NCBI GenBank assembly: GCA_964019425.1
Contig: OZ025800.1
Span: 186,001 to 250,000 of the forward strand
Length of the DNA stretch: 64,000 bases
Direction of reading: 5' to 3'
DNA from: Flectonema sp. DT1601
Taxonomy: Eukaryota
Shown here: positions 58,721-64,000 of the stretch, piece after piece
Layout of the letters: each line of letters opens with the position of its first letter
How positions within the stretch are numbered: position 1 is the stretch's first letter
Translations under genes and position numbers: made by a program
Notes under the pieces: generated by a model
What the model was told of the DNA's origin: nothing
The model's input: the letters and a program-made list of their open reading frames with translations, nothing else
Database searches by the model: none

Positions 58721-59965
58721 TTATGGAACAGCAACATTGCGACCATTACTGTTACGGTTCGCACCGGATGACGTTGTGAGTGTTGATGATCGGGGTTTGT
58801 TAGGACGCGCTACTGAAGAACTGAGACCCGTCATGATTTTTTTCAAAGGCGGGGATTGAGCTTCTCCATTATTAACGCGACGGGCACTTAACGGTCCATT
58901 AAAAGAATTGCGACGAGGAGTATGAAGAGGAGCACTTAAACGTGAAGCAGAACCAACAAAGGAACCAGCTCTACGAGCCGATGCAACAGATGTTTCAATA
59001 ATTGAACCCTTACGACGTGGAGTAGGTGTCCCTCGAGTACTTAACGAAGGCTGAGATGCTCTTCGAAGTTGAGGGCTGTAAGAGTTATTATTTCTAGGTG
59101 TCTTTAATAAACTTGGACTTGGCAATACGGTTGCGCTACCACGACGCCCAGCTTCTCGAGGAGTTGGTGGTTGTGGATCTGACGTAACTTTGATTTCTTC
59201 AGGAATAGGAGATGGATCAGCACACCTCTCACTTTTTTCTTCACTTTCCAACACCTGTAATCTTGGTACTATCTCAGGTGATAACGAAGGAGACAACGGT
59301 ACCGATTCAGCATCGACGTCATCCTCATTATCTGACATAGCATCCGGATCTTTTTGTATCATCAGTTTTTCCTTGCGAATACAGTCTACAATTCGTTCTA
59401 TTTTTTCTTCCTTTAAACCAGTTAGGCATAGCTTGTGAACTTTTAAAAAAGGATGGAGTCTTGCAACAGTTAGAGTCTGTAGTTTGTTGTTGTTATAAAG
59501 TGAAACAAAGTCTTCTTCGAGCATTTTTCCGCATACGCAACGAGCGCTGAGGGTTTTTGACATGCTGCGGTCGACAGAGCAGCCGGATGATAACTCCGAT
59601 GTGTCTTCTCCAGAAAATGATGAGGAGGTACTACAACTTCCATCAGACTCTACTTGTTCCATATCATCACAAGGGTAAAGAATATTATACATCTTCTTCT
59701 CAACTGATCTCCACTGTCCTCTTAGTTTTGATCTCCACTTCGTGTCGTCAGGTATTTCTGACAACACTCCTTCAAGTTTTTTCATCAATTTAATTGCCTG
59801 ATGAAGATTATCCCTCGCTGCTACAGATACTCGAGGAGGCTTTTCTGGTTCAATTGCCCGATGATCACCAGCATCTACCAGTTCCTTACTAATCCCTCCG
59901 AACTCGAAATCATCATCACTCGGGACCCTCTCTCTGTAGGGAGGCATTAGCCTGCGTTTCATCAA
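58721..59965 (-). CDS. SAP-domain protein with Ser/Arg/Pro-rich C-terminus
   Basis: LQTLTVARLHPFLKVHKLCLTGLKEEKIERI fits the SAP motif; 414-aa ORF (the track starts at a TTG one codon before the ATG). Confidence 0.75.
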   Translation of the reverse strand: MMKRRLMPPYRERVPSDDDFEFGGISKELVDAGDHRAIEPEKPPRVSVAARDNLHQAIKLMKKLEGVLSEIPDDTKWRSKLRGQWRSVEKKMYNILYPCDDMEQVESDGSCSTSSSFSGEDTSELSSGCSVDRSMSKTLSARCVCGKMLEEDFVSLYNNNKLQTLTVARLHPFLKVHKLCLTGLKEEKIERIVDCIRKEKLMIQKDPDAMSDNEDDVDAESVPLSPSLSPEIVPRLQVLESEEKSERCADPSPIPEEIKVTSDPQPPTPREAGRRGSATVLPSPSLLKTPRNNNSYSPQLRRASQPSLSTRGTPTPRRKGSIIETSVASARRAGSFVGSASRLSAPLHTPRRNSFNGPLSARRVNNGEAQSPPLKKIMTGLSSSVARPNKPRSSTLTTSSGANRNSNGRNVAVP

Positions 59966-60600
59966 TTAACTATTTTAAGTACTAGCCTGTTGTGGGAATA
60001 GTAGTAATGTGAAATAGACTTCGGATGTTCTCTGTTGTGAGACTCTCACGGGGCGATAAAAAAACATGAATTGACCAGAAGTAAATAACTACCCACACGA
60101 AGGAGGCAGTGTAAGAGGCCAAATTTTCGCCAAGGGAGGGACAGCACGCCATCGTTTAGATTACGAAAACAAGTTAGTTCGTTCGTAGCGCAATACTAAC
60201 GGCGGGCATTTTTGTTAAAAACAAGAAGTGTAACATTTCGAAGTGTGATTGAGAGGAAGAAAAAAAAATATAAAACCATTCAGAAATTAGCTATATATTT
60301 CATTGAACGCAGCAAGAAATAACGGCTTTCAATCTGAATAGTTTCTTTTCCGACCATCGTCGGTTCGAAGAAAAAAAATGATTGCTAAAATAGTATCGTG
60401 AGTACTGGCTAACTAAAAACTGATAACGAACGTGGTACCACTGTTTAGTAAGCCTCGTATGAAAAGGAATTTCCTATCACAGCCACAGAGGAAAGAAAAC
60501 TTATTTTAAAAAAAAGAGGTTCGGATGGAAGAAAATATTCTTTGCCCGAAAACTGGAAAAACGTCTCCCAACTCAATTTGAAACAGCTCGTGACTGGGTT

Positions 60601-61254
60601 GTGCCATTACTATATATTATCACGTTGGCATTATTCATTGGCGTTGAAGCAAAGGTCGCAGATTATCGCCACGTCTGCGTCACCCCTTGCGGAGGAGAAT
60701 GTGACTACCAAGGAAACCCAACACGTGACCCCATACCAGACCACCACCCAAAATGTAAAATACCACCCAACCAATTTGGGCACATCTTTGAGCCGATAAA
60801 ACTAAGTACTGCAAACGTTGAGGTACTACTCTCTCTCATACTACGAGCTGGAGGTAAGGGAGTTCACGATAGCTGTCATCCGAATGTCACGGCAACTGTG
60901 CAAGATCCGAGTGGACAATTTCATGTTGAGCAACTAGACATTAAGCACTGTGAGGAGGTATCACATGATCTCTGTGCGATACTGCTTTACTCATCACAGA
61001 TTGGTAGTAATCGAGAAGGTCAGTGGGTCTTCTCGGTATCTCACAGTAGCTGTGGCGAGGATGTACCACTCTTGGCGGAAGCAGTCGTCTTTTATGGAAA
61101 CCGTCATTGGTTTTATGTTGAAACAGTTGTCCGATACACAAGCTTTGTGCTCATCTGCATTGGAGTAGTCATTTTGTTATTGCGTCTGCGGAGAAGAGTT
61201 GCTGCCACGAAGCCCCAACACTGCCTACTCTGTTCTCACCCGATGCGGCCATGA
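60601..61254 (+). CDS. Probable type I membrane protein with Cys-containing ectodomain; true start not identified
   Basis: Signal-like hydrophobic N-terminus; TM FVLICIGVVILLL followed by RLRRR. The ORF begins at GTG with no in-frame ATG nearby; an AAACAG acceptor at 60581-60586 suggests an upstream exon. Confidence 0.6.
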   Translation: MPLLYIITLALFIGVEAKVADYRHVCVTPCGGECDYQGNPTRDPIPDHHPKCKIPPNQFGHIFEPIKLSTANVEVLLSLILRAGGKGVHDSCHPNVTATVQDPSGQFHVEQLDIKHCEEVSHDLCAILLYSSQIGSNREGQWVFSVSHSSCGEDVPLLAEAVVFYGNRHWFYVETVVRYTSFVLICIGVVILLLRLRRRVAATKPQHCLLCSHPMRP

Positions 61255-61552
61255 CCTCGAGAGAAATTCGGGTTTGCGGAACTCTTGCGTACCGTTGCTT
61301 TAAGTAACCGTCTAATCGTCCCGTAGATGTGTCAGTGTCTAGTTGGTAACTTGCCTTTGCACGTTTGTTCCTAATCTCTTTGATGCTGTTTTTGGCGTTT
61401 GTTTCGAATATGATATTATTTTCTTGATTAGAACTAAAAGACTTTATTAAGCTTCCGTTAGTATCTGCCCCGTCCATTTCATCATCCGATGAGGAAGTTA
61501 CCTCCTCCGCATTAGCGATTGGCCAATCCATCTTTTTCTTCTCTCGTTGCAT
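61169..61552 (-). CDS. Small hypothetical hydrophilic protein
   Basis: ATG at 61552 after a CACAG acceptor; acidic SSSDDE stretch; the 3' end overlaps the plus-strand ORF. Confidence 0.5.
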   Translation of the reverse strand: MQREKKKMDWPIANAEEVTSSSDDEMDGADTNGSLIKSFSSNQENNIIFETNAKNSIKEIRNKRAKASYQLDTDTSTGRLDGYLKQRYARVPQTRISLEVMAASGENRVGSVGASWQQLFSADAITK

Positions 61553-62518
61553 CGGATAACCCTGTGGGAGAAATATGGAATATTGTATCACTACTCGCGA
61601 CATAAATAAATATTTTTTAACCGAATGAAAGCGTTTTCGGTTTCTGAAAGGGAAATTCTGAAAGCGACCATTAAAACCTGTAAAATAAATCATTAAGAAA
61701 AAAGAACAAAACTCTCCACACTGATGATACAGGAATTGTATATTGCACACCGAGACTAAGGAATAAAGTAACTCCCGTAAGTGTACTGAGTTTGAACATT
61801 TGGGCACGTTGAGTCATGTGATCACGCGTCTTCGTGGATACTCTCTGAATCCAACCTGACTATTCGTTAGCCAGGTAAGCATCTATATACCCGTTAAAAT
61901 AAAGGAAAAACAAAGTGGATAGACCGGATAATTTTTTTTTTTTTTTTTTTTTTTGTTGCTGCTTCAAAGATTTTACAAAAAGAAATGTCTATCACCGCCG
62001 CTCCTTTTATGATGTGAACAGGTGGATAGCAGGATATTTTTTTTCTTTTTGCTTAAAAGCAATAAAGAAAGATATAAATAATAATAAAAAACGACAAACA
62101 AACAGAAGTAACATGCCGCAAACAACATTAGATGCATGCCTACTTCAAATATACTAGCTAGTCCAGTAGGATTAATAACGAAATAAAGCCGAAAGGAACA
62201 AAACAAAAAAAACTACGTAACTTGGAGTGAGAGTGAGGGGACAAAGAAGAAGGGGGAAAAAAAAAAAAAAATACTGAAACACTGAAAATATTGCAATAAA
62301 ATAGGAGGAGTCAATCGCAGCAGTAACGCATGTCCTAATAATTATCGAGGTACAGTTTTCATAGTTAATTGTGTGATCACACCTTTTTGGATAAATTCCA
62401 ACTTAACGTCAGCAGCACACTCAAAAAAAAAACCAAAACATTGTGGATGACCTGCACAATATAATTATCAGTATCCTTTTTAAGGCGCACCCATGAAAAA
62501 GAACTCTCTCTTGCCAGA

Positions 62519-64000
62519 CTAAATGTTGATAGAAGATTCAGCTCTCGGACCGAGTCCACCAGCGAACTGATCTATTGATTGCGTGATGTTATTTCCTTGA
62601 TAAGTTGCTTCATTGATGTCTCTTGGAGTCGAGTTATTCCCTTTCGTTACTTTCCTATTACGCGATTGCCTTGCAAGAATTACTGGTGTTTTCAATAACA
62701 TAGCCATGGCTCTGGCAATTTGAAGTGCCTTGGCAGGTTGGTGAAGTGGAGGGTATTTTCCATTTCTCCCAAATGAAATATCTAACAAACCGCTGTGTTG
62801 AAAACTCTCAATCGAATCAATTTTTGGATCAACCAGCTTTACGGATCTCATTGTGTGAGGAAACCAATTACACCGCTCTAGTTCTTCTTCATGCTTTTCA
62901 CCCACATTACGAGGTTTTTTACCTTTGTTCGTAGCCTTGAATATTGAACCTATTGTGTTCCTCATCTTTTCAGCTTCGGCTGCTGTCCTACAAACTAAAT
63001 TAAATCGGATTTCAGATCCCCATCGGCCGTCAACACCTTCAGATTTGGTTGCTACGGCGTTTATCAATACAGCTGGAAATCTGTTTTTTTTTTTTTTTTT
63101 TTTTTTTTTCCCCCAAAGTTTCTATCAAGTGACAATAAACAAAACTACATACTCAAATAAATCAGAAAGCTCGTTTTCATAAAGCGCGTCGTTGTCGGTG
63201 CGTTCCTCGTGTGTGATTTGCTTTCCTCGAAGCACATGCGGGAGCTCAAAAGTGACGTCATTATCTCTTATAGTAAACTGACCAGTAATCACAGAAGGAA
63301 CTTCAGGAAACAGTTGACAGAAGTCATCAACGTACCTGCTGAGTTTGTACTTTCCTTCAGTAGCACCGATACTTTCTCCAATGTTACTCGTTGTTAAGAA
63401 TTTCAAACAATAAAAAACCATAGCATGATGAAACAAATGAACCAATAAGAAGTACACAATCGATCCGATGGCTGAAAACAGTTCATTGTAGTCACTCTTC
63501 AGTTCACTTTTACTCATTAAGGCTGGTATAAATGCGAGCATAGCAGCAAACAAAGATGCGACTAAATGAGTATTTGCATAAATACGAACAATGAAAGCGA
63601 ATTCCGGCTTCTTTGCAATTCCCCGAGGAATGCTGCCGTCTTCTTGCCAATTGTCTTCATTGAACGGACGGTCGCTGACGACAGTTCCAAGAACTGCTGT
63701 CGAGTGAGTGGCGAGTAGCAGTGGGACAATTAACTCATCGGTGTCTACAAACGAAATATTCAAATGATGTGTTGATATGTAGAGTAGTCCGTACACGATA
63801 ATATACGCAATATCCATGGCCCTCGGGAACCTTACGATCTGAACAGAAATAGTCAAAATAAAACCAAAACTGAAAACAGTAGCAGCAGTAATAAGAGCAA
63901 CCAAAGGAGCATCACGTCTCTTACCAATTGCTACTGTTACCAATCCTGCAAAGAGTGATACAGGAAGGTACCCAACGGTCGCCCAAAACTTTTGCACGAA
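62519..64000 (-). CDS. Multi-pass membrane protein with soluble C-terminal domain; 5' end outside the window
   Basis: Intron 63081-63152 (GTATGT...AAACAG) joins ORF 63125-63997 in frame to ORF 62519-63067 (...DLFE|FPAVLINAVATK...); about 6 hydrophobic helices. Confidence 0.8.

Overview
Eukaryotic (protist) genomic DNA, most likely a euglenozoan such as a diplonemid. This is inferred from a kinetoplastid-type receptor adenylate cyclase, near-unidirectional minus-strand gene order, sparse short GT-AG introns and Ingi-like/CRE-like retroelements. About 20 host genes are supportable: adenylate cyclase, CIPK-like kinase, AP-4 epsilon, ankyrin/Dpy-30 protein, a Cys-rich type I membrane protein, LRR/EF-hand, BTB-BACK, WW, a MAPEG cluster, METTL21-like and SAP proteins, plus unknowns. 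The centre (15.1-32.7 kb) is a stack of three non-LTR retrotransposons immediately upstream of one tRNA-Leu(TAG) gene. The most unusual is a 10.5-kb CRE-clade element (RT plus restriction-like endonuclease) whose single ORF also carries three deubiquitinase-type protease domains (one OTU, two USP/C19), two RNase H1 hybrid-binding-like domains and several zinc fingers. It is nested in frame inside an APE-RT-RNase H element, producing the chimeric 3768-aa ORF. Also present: a defective piggyBac inserted exactly in a stop codon, a 902-bp non-coding tandem array flanked by a 13-bp direct repeat, and cis-introns with A-rich rather than pyrimidine-rich 3' ends. All domain calls are by-eye motif recognition; no database searches were run.
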